Shown here in pieces: positions 39,889 to 49,756 of a stretch of DNA of 64,000 nucleotides (position 1 is the stretch's first letter; every line of letters starts with the position of its first letter). The DNA comes from an uncultured delta proteobacterium (GTDB taxonomy: Bacteria; Desulfobacterota; Desulfobaccia; Desulfobaccales; 0-14-0-80-60-11). A model generated the notes under the pieces. That model worked only from the letters and a program-made list of their open reading frames with translations, had not been told where the DNA came from and made no database searches. The position numbers were made by a program, and so were the translations under genes. The stretch is from positions 42,931 to 106,930 of the forward strand of contig CAVTZS010000010.1 in the NCBI GenBank assembly GCA_963739295.1, read 5' to 3'.

Positions 39889-41365
39889 TCAGGTTTTAAC
39901 TCTCCAGATGGTGCCTTGGGGGGTATCCTCCAGCACGATGTCCATCTCCGCCAGTTGGTGGCGGACGGCGTCGGCCCTGGCCCAATCCTTGTTCTTCCGG
40001 GCCTGGGCCCTTTCCGCAATAAGGGCCTCAATTTCCTCAGGAGAAACTTTCAGGTCCAGGGGCTTCTGGCGCAGGGTGCGCACCATCTCCCGGGGGTCGG
40101 CCTGAAGCAGGTTCAACACCCGGCTCAATTCCAGCAAATCTTGATATACCTGCCCCAAAAAGGCCGGGTAGGCGGGCTCCGAGGTGGGCGACTCCAGGAG
40201 GCGGTTGGTGAGGCGCACCGCCTCAAAGAGATACCCCAGGGCCTGGGCGGAGTTGAAATCGTCCTCCATGGCGGCCGTAAATCTTTCCCGCAAGGACTGG
40301 AGGCGGGCCAGTTCTTCGCCGCTCAGGACCGAGGGAGTAAAATCCGGGGGAACGGGGCTGGGAGCAACTGGGCTTGGTGGTGGCAAATCCTTAAGGCGCG
40401 CCAGGGTAGTGTAAAGCCGTAGCAAGCCGGCCTCGGATTCCGCCAGGGCCACATCGGAGAAATCCAGAGGACTGCGGTAATGGCTGTTGATGAGGAAGAA
40501 GCGCACCACCTCCGCGGGAAAGCGCGCCAGGACTTCCTTAACCGTAAAGAAGTTTTTCAGGGATTTGGACATCTTCTCCTGGTTGAGGGTCAGCATGCCG
40601 TGGTGGATCCAGTAACGCGCAAAAGTCTTACCCGTGGCCGCCTCGGATTGGGCCAGCTCGTTTTCGTGATGGGGAAAGATGAGGTCCTGGCCGCCGCCAT
40701 GCAGGTCGAAGGTCTCACCCAGGTAGCGCATGCTCATGGCGGAGCACTCAATGTGCCAGCCCGGACGCCCCGGGCCCCAGGGGGACGCCCAGGTAGGCTC
40801 CCCGGGCTTGCTGGATTTCCACAGGACGAAATCCAGGGGGTCCTCCTTATTAGGGTCCACTTCCACCCGGGCTCCGGCCCGCATATCCTCCAGGCCCTGG
40901 CCGGAGAGCCGGCCGTACCCCGGGAAGCGCCGCACCCGGAAAAAGACATCCCCCCCGCCCTGATAGGTAAAGTTCTTCTCCTCCAGGCGGCGGATCAGGT
41001 CAATGATTTCCGGCAGGTGGTCCGTGGCCCGGGGTTCCATCTGGGCCGGCGGCACTCCCAGGGCCGCCATGTCTTCCCGGAAGGAGGCGATGTAGTGCTC
41101 CGCCACTTCGCTCCAGGATACCCCCATTTCCTGGGCCCGGCGCAAAATTTTGTCGTCAATGTCGGTGAAGTTACGGACCCAGGCGACCTCCAAGCCGCAC
41201 CAGCGCAGATACCGGACCATGACCTCGAAAACCACGGAGGAGCGGGCATGGCCCAGGTGAGCAGTCATCATACACTGTCACCCCGCAGGCGTAGAGACTC
41301 ACCTTTCCCGGCTCAAGGGGCTGAAAGATTTCTTTGCGTCTGGTTAAAGTATTATAGAGTTGCAT
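39889..41365 (-). CDS. cysS: Cysteine--tRNA ligase (one-base frameshift near 41260)
   Basis: YNTLTR, CGVTVYD.C in one frame; [30 protein letters not shown] in another. Confidence 0.95.
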
Positions 41366-41450
41366 ACGAAAAAGAAGTTGACAACCAAGGCAAGATAGGC
41401 GAAGTCATTTCCCAGCCTGGCTCTTGGAAGCCGGGAGGCCATGGGGGAGA

Positions 41451-41723
41451 ATGATGTCGGAAATCATCAGTAAAGTACCCAAAAACGCTCGGGAAGTCTT
41501 GTTTCTGTCCCTGTCTGAATTCAAGGGCCACCGCTTGATCGACCTCCGGGTCCATGTGCCCGGGGAGCGGGAAGGGGACTGGGTTCCCACTCGCAAAGGA
41601 ATTTCTCTGGCCGTGGGACTTTATCCCGCTTTCAGGCAGGCTCTGGCCCAATTGGAAAATGCCTTGCTGAAGCAGGGCCTGCTGGACCCGGAAGACCTGG
41701 AATCGCCGGAGCAAGCAGTTTGA
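41451..41723 (+). CDS. PC4/p15 (YdbC-like) ssDNA-binding protein
   Basis: SEFKGHRLIDLR, PTRKGISL. Confidence 0.85.
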   Translation: MMSEIISKVPKNAREVLFLSLSEFKGHRLIDLRVHVPGEREGDWVPTRKGISLAVGLYPAFRQALAQLENALLKQGLLDPEDLESPEQAV

Positions 41724-41735
41724 ATTTTTAATAAT

Positions 41736-41965
41736 GAGACTGTGGCAATTAGTTTTTGGGAGAGGGGGGCAGGGGCCGCAGACCCCCTTACAATCCTCTC
41801 CCAAACCCTCTCCCCCAACCCCTTAATATTATTTAAGGGCATCGAGGCCTTAAGGCCTCGACGCCCAAAGTCTCAAGGGGGGTTGGGAGGGGATTTTGAG
41901 GGGAGGGATTGTAAGTGGCCTGCGGTCCCCCGGTCCTCCCCTCAAAAGACTTTCGCAACGGTCTC
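41736..41965. mobile_element. MITE-like element (230 bp) carrying repeat modules
   Basis: Imperfect TIRs GAGACTGTGGCAA / TTCGCAACGGTCTC; ATAAT on both sides. Confidence 0.7.
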
Positions 41966-42154
41966 ATAATACCCCAGGAAAGCCGGCGAAGCAAGGCAAA
42001 ATGGCGCACCCTGAGGCCGGGGTTGGCCCGGGGATGTCCTTCCCTGCCCCTTTGGGTGGACTCTGGAAATTTTTCCGCCCGCCTTGATTTACCTTCCTCC
42101 ACCACTATATTCAGATAAAACCCCCGGTCCCAAGAGGGACGGAAAGGAGTGTTC

Positions 42155-42733
42155 ATGAGTTACACTGCCAAAGATTTTTCTTTTCTGCTGGGTATGCCAG
42201 GATTCAGTGATACGCTCCTCAAGAATCACTTCACCCTGTACCAGGGCTATGTGACCAACACCAACAAACTCACCGAGCTTTTGGGCGCCCTGTTGAAAGA
42301 AGGCAAGCAAGGGACCCCTGAATTTGCCGAACTGAAACGGCGTTTCGGCTGGGAATTCAACGGCATGCGGCTCCACGAGCTCTACTTCAGCAACCTGGGG
42401 GGCGACGGGGACCACTCCAAGGCCCCTACCCTGGTAAAGGCCCTGGGCGCCCAGTTTGGCTCCTTTGAGCAATGGGCCACGGATTTCCAGGCCACCGCGG
42501 CCATGCGGGGTATCGGTTGGGTTATTCTGTACCAGGATGTGGAGGCCGGCATCTTTTACAACCAATGGATCAATGAGCATGACGTGGCTCATCTGGCGGA
42601 CTGCAATCCCTTGCTGATCATCGACGTGTTCGAACACGCCTTCATTACCGATTACGGCCTAAAGCGGGCAGACTATATCGCCAACTTCATGAAGAACATC
42701 AAGTGGGACTTGGTGGAACAACGCTCGGTCTAG
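42155..42733 (+). CDS. Fe/Mn superoxide dismutase family protein
   Basis: H..LYQGYV, HELYF, GIGW, DVFEHAF metal-ligand pattern. Confidence 0.9.
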   Translation: MSYTAKDFSFLLGMPGFSDTLLKNHFTLYQGYVTNTNKLTELLGALLKEGKQGTPEFAELKRRFGWEFNGMRLHELYFSNLGGDGDHSKAPTLVKALGAQFGSFEQWATDFQATAAMRGIGWVILYQDVEAGIFYNQWINEHDVAHLADCNPLLIIDVFEHAFITDYGLKRADYIANFMKNIKWDLVEQRSV

Positions 42734-42919
42734 CAGGTGGGGGAAGGATGCCGAAGGGTGGTAATTAATTAGTCCGGCACGCCCTTCCCCCTTCCCCCTT
42801 ATCCCCCGGGGCCCTGGCCCCTGGCCCCTTTGGGCCGCAAATTTCCTTTACAACCGGGGCGCTTCAGGGTACGGTGTATCAGCCGTCCAGCCGGGCGGCA
42901 AATACCTCAGGAGTGAGAT

Positions 42920-43879
42920 ATGCCACCCCACACCGGTTATGTTTACGATGAGAGATACCTGCGGCATCAGGCGGGACCCTGGCACCCCGAGCGCCCGGAA
43001 CGCCTGGAGGCCATACATAAGCGGATTACCGAGACCGGCCTGTTGGAGCAGTTAAAACTCATCCCCCCTTATGAGGCGCCCCTAACTTGGGTGGAGAAAC
43101 TCCATGAGCCTGCCTATATCCGGCGTTTCCGGCAGGCCTGCGAGAGGGGGGACGATATCTTTGACACGCCGGATTGCGGCATCTGCCGGGAATCTTACGA
43201 GATCGCCCTGCTGGCGGTGGGGGGGGTAATGGCCGCGCTGGAGGCGATTATGGCCGGGGAGGTGCAGAACGCCGTGGCCCCGGTGCGGCCTCCGGGGCAC
43301 CACGCCGAGCGGGGCCGGGCCCAGGGCTTCTGCTTCTTTAACAATGTAGCCCTGGGTGCGGTTTACCTGCTGGAGCAATTTGCCCTGGAGCGGGTGGCCG
43401 TGGTGGATTGGGATTTGCACCACGGAAACGGCACCCAACACCTCTTTGAAGCCGACCCCCGGGTCTTTTACCTCTCCTTGCATGAGGACCCCATGTATTG
43501 TTATCCCGGCACCGGCTACCGCCGGGAGACGGGCAAGGGTCCGGGTGAGGGTTTTACCCTGAATTTGCCCATGCCCCCCGGCAGTGGCGACGCGGAGTAC
43601 CTGAAGGCCTTGACCGAGGAGGGGCTTCCCCGACTCCGGCAATTCGCCCCCCAATTTCTGATGATTTCCGCGGGGTTCGACGCCCACCGGGATGATCCGT
43701 TGGGTCACCAGAAAATGAGCCGGGAGGGTTATGGCGCCATGGGGCGCCTCCTTCTGGACCTGGCCCAGGAAACCGCCGCCGGCCGCGTCCTCACGGTGAT
43801 GGAGGGAGGTTATAGTTTGGCGGTATTGGCGGATTGCTGGGAGGATCAGGCCCGGTTGCTGTTGGGGCAGACGGTCTGA
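42920..43879 (+). CDS. Histone deacetylase family (acetylpolyamine/lysine deacetylase)
   Basis: HPERPERL, RPPGHHA, GFCFFNN, DWDLHHGNGT, SAGFDAH..DPL, EGGY. Confidence 0.94.
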   Translation: MPPHTGYVYDERYLRHQAGPWHPERPERLEAIHKRITETGLLEQLKLIPPYEAPLTWVEKLHEPAYIRRFRQACERGDDIFDTPDCGICRESYEIALLAVGGVMAALEAIMAGEVQNAVAPVRPPGHHAERGRAQGFCFFNNVALGAVYLLEQFALERVAVVDWDLHHGNGTQHLFEADPRVFYLSLHEDPMYCYPGTGYRRETGKGPGEGFTLNLPMPPGSGDAEYLKALTEEGLPRLRQFAPQFLMISAGFDAHRDDPLGHQKMSREGYGAMGRLLLDLAQETAAGRVLTVMEGGYSLAVLADCWEDQARLLLGQTV

Positions 43880-43915
43880 ATTAAGACACCGGCCTAAAGT
43901 TCGTTAAAAAATTTC

Positions 43916-44037
43916 TTGACAGCCTTTCCAGGCTGTGCTATGCAAAATTTTATCCTTTAGCAGGCAATGAAGCAGTGTTTCGGGGCGACACGGAAAGCAG
44001 ACAATGACGGTATGGCGGGAGCCGGCCGTTTTTTTTT
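43916..44037 (+). promoter_or_regulatory. sigma70-like promoter, leader and intrinsic terminator upstream of csp
   Basis: TTGACA-N17-TATGCA; GACGG..GGC-GGGA-GCC..CCGTT hairpin plus T9 before the gene. Confidence 0.5.
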
Positions 44038-44098
44038 GGCCTGCGCCCCCGCAGCTAAAGGCCGGCAAAGGACTCAAGCTTAAGAAGCAGGAGGATGT

Positions 44099-44302
44099 AT
44101 GGTCTATACCGGCACTGTCAAGTGGTTCAATGAAGCCAAGGGCTATGGCTTCATCAAGCGGGAGGACGGCCCCGACCTGTTCGTGCACTACACCAACATT
44201 GTGGGCCAGGGGTTTCGCACCTTGAAGGAGGACGACAAGGTGGAGTTCGAGGTGAGCGAGGGCCCCAAAGGACTGCAGGCGGTCAAGGTCAACAAGATTT
44301 GA
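44099..44302 (+). CDS. Cold-shock protein
   Basis: GTVKWFN, KGYGFI, LFVHY, GFRTL, GPKGLQA. Confidence 0.96.
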   Translation: MVYTGTVKWFNEAKGYGFIKREDGPDLFVHYTNIVGQGFRTLKEDDKVEFEVSEGPKGLQAVKVNKI

Positions 44303-44312
44303 TGGTTGTTTG

Positions 44313-44532
44313 TGGGGGAGGGCCAGGGAGCTGAGCTCGAATGGGCCTTCGGCCCATTTTTATAATACGGGTCATTTGCTCCCGCAAATGCCCCCCTCCC
44401 AACCCGCTTATGGGCCGGGTTTTGCCGAGCTTAAGGCTCGGCAAAACCCGGCCTTTTTTCACTATAAGGGATTGGGGGAGGGGGTTTGGGGGCAGGGGGT
44501 AAGGGCCTGTGGCCCTTAGCCCCCTCCCCCAA
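44313..44532. repeat. Composite G/C-rich palindromic intergenic repeat
   Basis: Flanking modules around GGCCGGGTTTTGCCGAGC-TTAAG-GCTCGGCAAAACCCGGCC. Confidence 0.85.
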
Positions 44533-44535
44533 GAT

Positions 44536-45720
44536 TCAACTCAGCCCAATCTCTTCGTCCGTCAGATAGCAGGCGGGGTCTGGGGCCCAGAGGTCGCCGG
44601 TCAGGGCCTCGGCCCGGACCCGGAAGTTGCCGGCGCAGATGTCCAGCCAGCGGCAGCGGGCGCAGCGGCCGGTGACGTAGCGTTTCTTGTCCTTCAGCCG
44701 GGCCATGAGGGGGTGGCTAAGGTCGGTCCAGATCTCGCTGAAGGGGCGCTCTCTCACATTGCCGAAGGAATAATGACGCCAGAACTGATCCGCGTGGACC
44801 TCGCCGTTCCAACTGACGCAGCCGATGCCCCGGCCGGAGTTATTGCCTTCGTTCATCTTCAGGAGCTTAAGGACCTCTGCGGCCCGGGGCGGGTCTTCCT
44901 GAAGCAACTTGAGGTAGATATAAGGGCCGTCGGCATGGTTATCCACGGTGAGCACTTCCACCTCCCGGCCGGCCTCAAAGAGGCGGCGGGTGCGGGCGCA
45001 AATCAGGTCTACCAACTCCCGGGTCTGGCCGTGGCTCAGGGCCTCCTTAAGCAAGCGGCTGCCCCGTCCGGCATAGACCAGATGGTAAAAGCAGATGCGG
45101 GGGATGCCGTATTCCTCCACCAGGTCGAAGATGGCCGGCACTTCCTGGAAATTCAAGCGGCTGAGGGTGAAACGGAGGCCGACCTTGAGGCCCACCTCCT
45201 GGCAGTGGCGTACCCCGGCCATGGTGGCGGCAAAGGCCCCGGGCTGGCCCCGGAAGGCGTCGTGGGTGGCGGCGGTACCGTCCAGGCTGAGGCCCACGTA
45301 GGAGAGGCCCAGGTCTTTCAGGCGCCGGGCCGCCTCCCGGGTAATCAGGGTGCCATTGGTGGAGATCACCGCGCGCATGCCCGCGGCCACGGTCCAGGCC
45401 GCCAATTCCCACAGGTCTGGGCGCATCAAGGGTTCGCCCCCGGAAAACAAGACCACCGGGGTGCCGAAATCCTTCAGGTCCTGGAGCAGGGCCAGGCCTT
45501 CAGCGTGGCTCAGTTCGTCGGGCGCAGCCTTGGCGCCGGCCTGGGCATAGCAGTGGAGGCACTTGAGGTTGCACCGCCGGGTGACATTCCAGACTACCAC
45601 CGGCTTTTTGTCCCCGGCAAATTGCAGGAGATGGGCAGGCAGATCCTGGGCCCGGCGGCCGTAACGCAGCACGTCCGCGGCTTCCACCGCGCCGCAATAG
45701 AGCTTGGAGACCCCTACCAT
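44536..45720 (-). CDS. ahbC: Radical SAM protein, 12,18-didecarboxysiroheme deacetylase (alternative heme biosynthesis)
   Basis: MVGVSKLYCG, KKPVVVWN, CNLKCLHC, YHLVYAGRG, TVDNHADG, SPASM C-terminus. Confidence 0.85.
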   Translation of the reverse strand: MVGVSKLYCGAVEAADVLRYGRRAQDLPAHLLQFAGDKKPVVVWNVTRRCNLKCLHCYAQAGAKAAPDELSHAEGLALLQDLKDFGTPVVLFSGGEPLMRPDLWELAAWTVAAGMRAVISTNGTLITREAARRLKDLGLSYVGLSLDGTAATHDAFRGQPGAFAATMAGVRHCQEVGLKVGLRFTLSRLNFQEVPAIFDLVEEYGIPRICFYHLVYAGRGSRLLKEALSHGQTRELVDLICARTRRLFEAGREVEVLTVDNHADGPYIYLKLLQEDPPRAAEVLKLLKMNEGNNSGRGIGCVSWNGEVHADQFWRHYSFGNVRERPFSEIWTDLSHPLMARLKDKKRYVTGRCARCRWLDICAGNFRVRAEALTGDLWAPDPACYLTDEEIGLS

Positions 45721-45726
45721 TCGGCG

Positions 45727-47478
45727 TTACTCTCGAAACAGGGTCTTCTGGTAATAGTCCCGGATCATGCGGTTGAGAAAAGCGTCCAGGTCCAGGATGG
45801 CCTCCCGGGTGAGGAGAAAGGTGTCCTGGGAGGTGCGGTCCCGCACCAATTTCAAGGCGTATTCCAAATCCTTGGCCAGTTCCTGGCAGACGGAGAGGGC
45901 AGAAGTGTCCCGGGCCAGGGCCCGCCGCAGGATTTCGTCCGTGGCCTCGGGATCAAAATGGAGCTGGAGCTGATGGTCCTCGGAGAACTGGTCCTCAAAT
46001 CGGCGCACTTCTTCATAAAGACGCCGCATCTCCTCAAAGGCGGTTTGCAGGTCCGCGTCCCAGTTGAGGTACTGGTCCGCCATCAACTCCGCCCGGGTCT
46101 CGGTTAAAGGCAGGCTGTAGCGCTCCAGCAGCTCTTTTTCCCGGCGCCAGATGGCCTCCTTGAGAATCTCCCGTTCCCACAAGCGGGCCTGCTCAAACCG
46201 CGCCTTAAAGGCCGGGTCGTCCGGATAAGATAGCAGCTTTTCCAGCTCCTCTGGGGGATGGTGCACGACCTCCGGGGTGACCACCAATTCCCTGATCTCG
46301 GTGGACGGCAACCGTTTTTCGAACTGGATGAGGATGCGTTCGATGACGCTGACCAGGCCCCGGGCTCCGGTCTTCTCCAGGGCGGCCTGCTCCGCCAGGA
46401 TTTTCAGGGCTTCGTCCTCGAAAAAGATGTCGATCCCGTAAGCCAGGAAGTCCCGCTTTTTGCTGGTAATGATGGGGTTGTTAGGGTTCCGCAAAACCTC
46501 GTAGAGGTCCTCGGCCGTGAGTTCATCCAAAATGGCGATCACCGGCAGACGGCCGACGAATTCCGACTCAAAGCCATATTTAATCAGGTCATCTGCGCTA
46601 ACCTGCTTCAGGAAGATCTGGGTCTGGTCCTTGGAGGTCATGGTGCCCCGGAAACCGATTTCCTGTTTGCTGAGGCGCTCTTTCACAATCTTGTCCAGGT
46701 CATTGAAGGCGCCGCTGACGATGAAGAGGATATGGCGGGTATTGATGGTGCGCTTGTCTTTTTTGCCGGTGCGGCGGTAATGCTCGATGGCCTGGATCTG
46801 GGAAACCGGGTCATGGGCTACCTTCAGGTCCACCTCGGTCTCTTCCATGGGTTTCAGCAAGGTGCGCTGGACCCCGGTGCGGGAGACGTCCGGCCCCCAA
46901 ATATGGCCGGAGCTGGCGATCTTATCGATTTCGTCGATGTAAATAATGCCGTATTGAGCCAATTCCACGTCGTCGCCCGCCGCGTAGACCAGGTCTCGCA
47001 CCAGATCTTCCACATCGCCGCCCACATAACCGGTTTCGCTGAACTTGGTGGCATCGCCTTTAATGAAGGGCACGCCGATTTTTTTGGCGATCAGTTTTAA
47101 CAGGAAGGTCTTCCCCACCCCGGTGGGGCCGATGAGAATGATGTTGTTTTTAATGGAGCCCACCCCAGGTTCCGGCTCCCGGCCTAGCTCCAGGGAGTGG
47201 CGGATGCGGTTGAAATGGGTGCAAATCTTGGTGGCCAGGATACTTTTGGCCGTGTCCTGCTTGATGACATACTCGTTGAGGTAGGCCTCCAGCTCCTCCG
47301 GTTTCAGGTCAAAGTTGATCTTGCTGAGTTTGCCGGCTTTGCCTGAGGAGTCTTTCTCCGGTTTAGCCACCCAATGGGGGGCGTACACCCTGATGCGGCT
47401 CCCATATTTTCTACTGAGATATTCGCTCAGTTCTTTTTCCAATTCTTTCTGGTCGGGAATTTTATCCGTCGGTCCCAA
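45727..47478 (-). CDS. ClpX-like AAA+ ATPase lacking the zinc-binding domain, with C-terminal extension
   Basis: GPTGVGKT, DAT.FSETGYVG.DVE, IDEIDK, IGF loop, EFVGRLP, TGARGL. Confidence 0.85.
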   Translation of the reverse strand: MGPTDKIPDQKELEKELSEYLSRKYGSRIRVYAPHWVAKPEKDSSGKAGKLSKINFDLKPEELEAYLNEYVIKQDTAKSILATKICTHFNRIRHSLELGREPEPGVGSIKNNIILIGPTGVGKTFLLKLIAKKIGVPFIKGDATKFSETGYVGGDVEDLVRDLVYAAGDDVELAQYGIIYIDEIDKIASSGHIWGPDVSRTGVQRTLLKPMEETEVDLKVAHDPVSQIQAIEHYRRTGKKDKRTINTRHILFIVSGAFNDLDKIVKERLSKQEIGFRGTMTSKDQTQIFLKQVSADDLIKYGFESEFVGRLPVIAILDELTAEDLYEVLRNPNNPIITSKKRDFLAYGIDIFFEDEALKILAEQAALEKTGARGLVSVIERILIQFEKRLPSTEIRELVVTPEVVHHPPEELEKLLSYPDDPAFKARFEQARLWEREILKEAIWRREKELLERYSLPLTETRAELMADQYLNWDADLQTAFEEMRRLYEEVRRFEDQFSEDHQLQLHFDPEATDEILRRALARDTSALSVCQELAKDLEYALKLVRDRTSQDTFLLTREAILDLDAFLNRMIRDYYQKTLFRE

Positions 47479-47653
47479 GGTGTTATTCTTCCTAATTAAA
47501 ATTGGGGCGGATCAAAGAGGCCCCGTCTACATAAATTATAACCCTGCCCCGTCGCAGTTGCAAGGGAGGCGGAGAGCCAGAAGACTTGACTCCGTAATAA
47601 CAGGATTTATAATATTATTAAAAAGTTAGGGGTGCTACCCCAGGAGGCCGGGT

Positions 47654-47932
47654 ATGAAAGAGTTCGAAGACTTCAGCAAAAAGCTCCCCCGTGTGGGACA
47701 GATCGTCCGCAGTAAGAAGTATGGCACCCTGTGGCGGGTCATGGAAAAAAGAGAGGTGTGGCAAAACATCGAAGACGACCCAACCACCAGTGAACCCCGG
47801 ATCGTGCCGGCTATCTACCTTGCCTTCTGGCGGGTAAGAGAAGGGGTGCAGCCGGGCGTGGGAAGAATGTTGGGATACCTTTATACCCTCTACGACAATA
47901 CCTTTGTGGTCAACTGGGAAATCGTGTCCTAA
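47654..47932 (+). CDS. Hypothetical protein
   Basis: AGGAGG SD, upstream TTGACT/TATAAT-like promoter, intact ORF. Confidence 0.75.
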   Translation: MKEFEDFSKKLPRVGQIVRSKKYGTLWRVMEKREVWQNIEDDPTTSEPRIVPAIYLAFWRVREGVQPGVGRMLGYLYTLYDNTFVVNWEIVS

Positions 47933-48224
47933 CTTAGGGGGAGGGAAAAAGGCGGCAAGCCTCCCCCCCTTCCCCGGCCTGGAGATAAAGCCGTGCGTAT
48001 CTTTAAAAACCTTGTTGACCTGCGGGCCTAAGCATGGCTAGATTAGATTAATCAAGTCCAGGGATTCGCCTAAGGTCCCAAGGAAGTGAAAGCCAGCTAG
48101 GGTGGGCGCAGACTCAACCTAAGGGACCCGCGTTTGGTTGCGGCATAGCAGTCAGCCCGGCAGGGCCCGCGGGGGGTTAGTGACCCAGCGCCGGCCGCCT
48201 GAAGATGGCAGGGGTACCGGCTAG

Positions 48225-48977
48225 ATGGCCAAAAAAGAGTCCCAGAAAGATTTCTGGAAGCGCCTTTCCCTGAAACAGGGGCGGCCACGTGCCTTAAAGG
48301 GAAAACGCTGGCCGCTGCTATCCAAATTCATCAGCAACCTGGTCCGCAGATCCCCCAGTTTGGAAAATCACGCCTCTGCTACGAACCTGGCCATTTCTTC
48401 CTTCATTGAAGACTTGGCCCGGGCCCAACCTGATCCCGGGGGCGGGGCGGCGGCGGCTTATGGCATCTCCCTGTCCCTGGCCCTGGTGGAGAAGGTCGTG
48501 CGTCTGGAGCTGCAGCGGGCCGAGAGAAGTAGCGACCGCATCTACCTCTGGGAAAACAGTTTGGCCCAGTTGCGACAACTGAGAATAATTCTCTCCCAGC
48601 TTCAGGAAAGGGATGTCCAGGCTTACTTTAATCTGATGAAAGCCCGAGCCGAAGACACTTATGGCCAGGGAATGCTGGAGGCGGTTCATGAAGCCGCGAA
48701 CTGCCCGCTCCAGATCATGAAGCAGGCCCTGGTGGCCCTGGCCATGGTTTCCTGGATCGGAGGATACTGCCGGAAACATCTGGTTTCTGACCTGCTGGTA
48801 TCCTGTGAAATGATCCGGGCCGCGCTGCAAGGCGCTTACCACATTGCCGCCGCTAACCTCGACCTGTTGGATGAGCCCTCCTGGCGTGACCCCCTGGAGC
48901 AGGAACTCACCAAGACCTCCCAGGAGGGGCGGGAGCTCTTTCTTAGGGTGAGGGAAAAACTCGAAAGCCGGGAATAG
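48225..48977 (+). CDS. Formiminotransferase-cyclodeaminase/cyclohydrolase family protein (start uncertain)
   Basis: FIEDLA..PDPGGG.AAA, D..AY, P..I, SD, GA....N pattern. Confidence 0.75.
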   Translation: MAKKESQKDFWKRLSLKQGRPRALKGKRWPLLSKFISNLVRRSPSLENHASATNLAISSFIEDLARAQPDPGGGAAAAYGISLSLALVEKVVRLELQRAERSSDRIYLWENSLAQLRQLRIILSQLQERDVQAYFNLMKARAEDTYGQGMLEAVHEAANCPLQIMKQALVALAMVSWIGGYCRKHLVSDLLVSCEMIRAALQGAYHIAAANLDLLDEPSWRDPLEQELTKTSQEGRELFLRVREKLESRE

Positions 48978-49266
48978 GGAAGGTGCGGTGGCCGCCGCCC
49001 GAGAAAAGCCTTTAGGGGTCTGGGCCTTTTCCTGCCCAAGTTAGTTTAGCGGTTATTCACTGGAATTTAGTCACATTCCTTGAATCTAAACAACGGCGCC
49101 AAGCCTGCTAGCCCTAAGCGACCCGCCTTATTCGTCCTCCCTATTGGCCCTGTTGGCGGCCCACATGGTGCCACCCGCCGCCGGGATAATCAAATCGTCG
49201 GCCATTTGTATAAACGATCCTCGTCCCGTTGGGAAAATTCGGTAAAAGGGCGCTCCCAGGGCCCGC

Positions 49267-49728
49267 CTAACGCTTGCGCCAGGCCTCCCAGTGGGGACGC
49301 CCCTGGTCATCCCGCAGGTGCAAGGTGTACTCTCCCCGGCTCAATTCATAGGCGATCACCTGCAACCTTGCGTCCTTCTTTTCGCACATCCCTCTGACCC
49401 GCACCTTGTCTCCTGGCTTGAGTTCAAACTCCTGGCGCTCCAGGTACCAGACCGGGCCCAGGTGGACGTGCACCTGACCCTGGTTTTTGGTGTCCACTAC
49501 CACTGCCATGCCCGGATGCATGCCGTCTTCTAAAGTCTCGCTAAGCACTTGCACCACCTTGCCGCTCTCGTCAAAGGGCTTGCAGACGGCCTTCACCGGA
49601 CAAATATAAGGCGCATAGGGGCAGGGCCGGAAACCCTGACCCCGACCCTGCGCCCCGGCCTGGTGGGGCAGGGCCCAGCCCAACAGGGTTACCAGTATGA
49701 CGATAGTAATAAAATGCCACCTTTTCAT
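49267..49728 (-). CDS. Exported OB-fold-like protein
   Basis: Signal peptide ending AGA; VHLGPVWYL, GDKVRVRG, LRDDQGRP.W. Confidence 0.7.
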   Translation of the reverse strand: MKRWHFITIVILVTLLGWALPHQAGAQGRGQGFRPCPYAPYICPVKAVCKPFDESGKVVQVLSETLEDGMHPGMAVVVDTKNQGQVHVHLGPVWYLERQEFELKPGDKVRVRGMCEKKDARLQVIAYELSRGEYTLHLRDDQGRPHWEAWRKR

Positions 49729-49756
49729 CCGACACATCCTTTCTTCGGGAGAGGAG

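Noticed and set aside
48050-48224. Riboswitch (THF, ZTP or c-di-GMP) upstream of the cyclodeaminase-like gene
   Set aside because: Only a GGTCCC/GGGACC stem; no consensus core or terminator recognised
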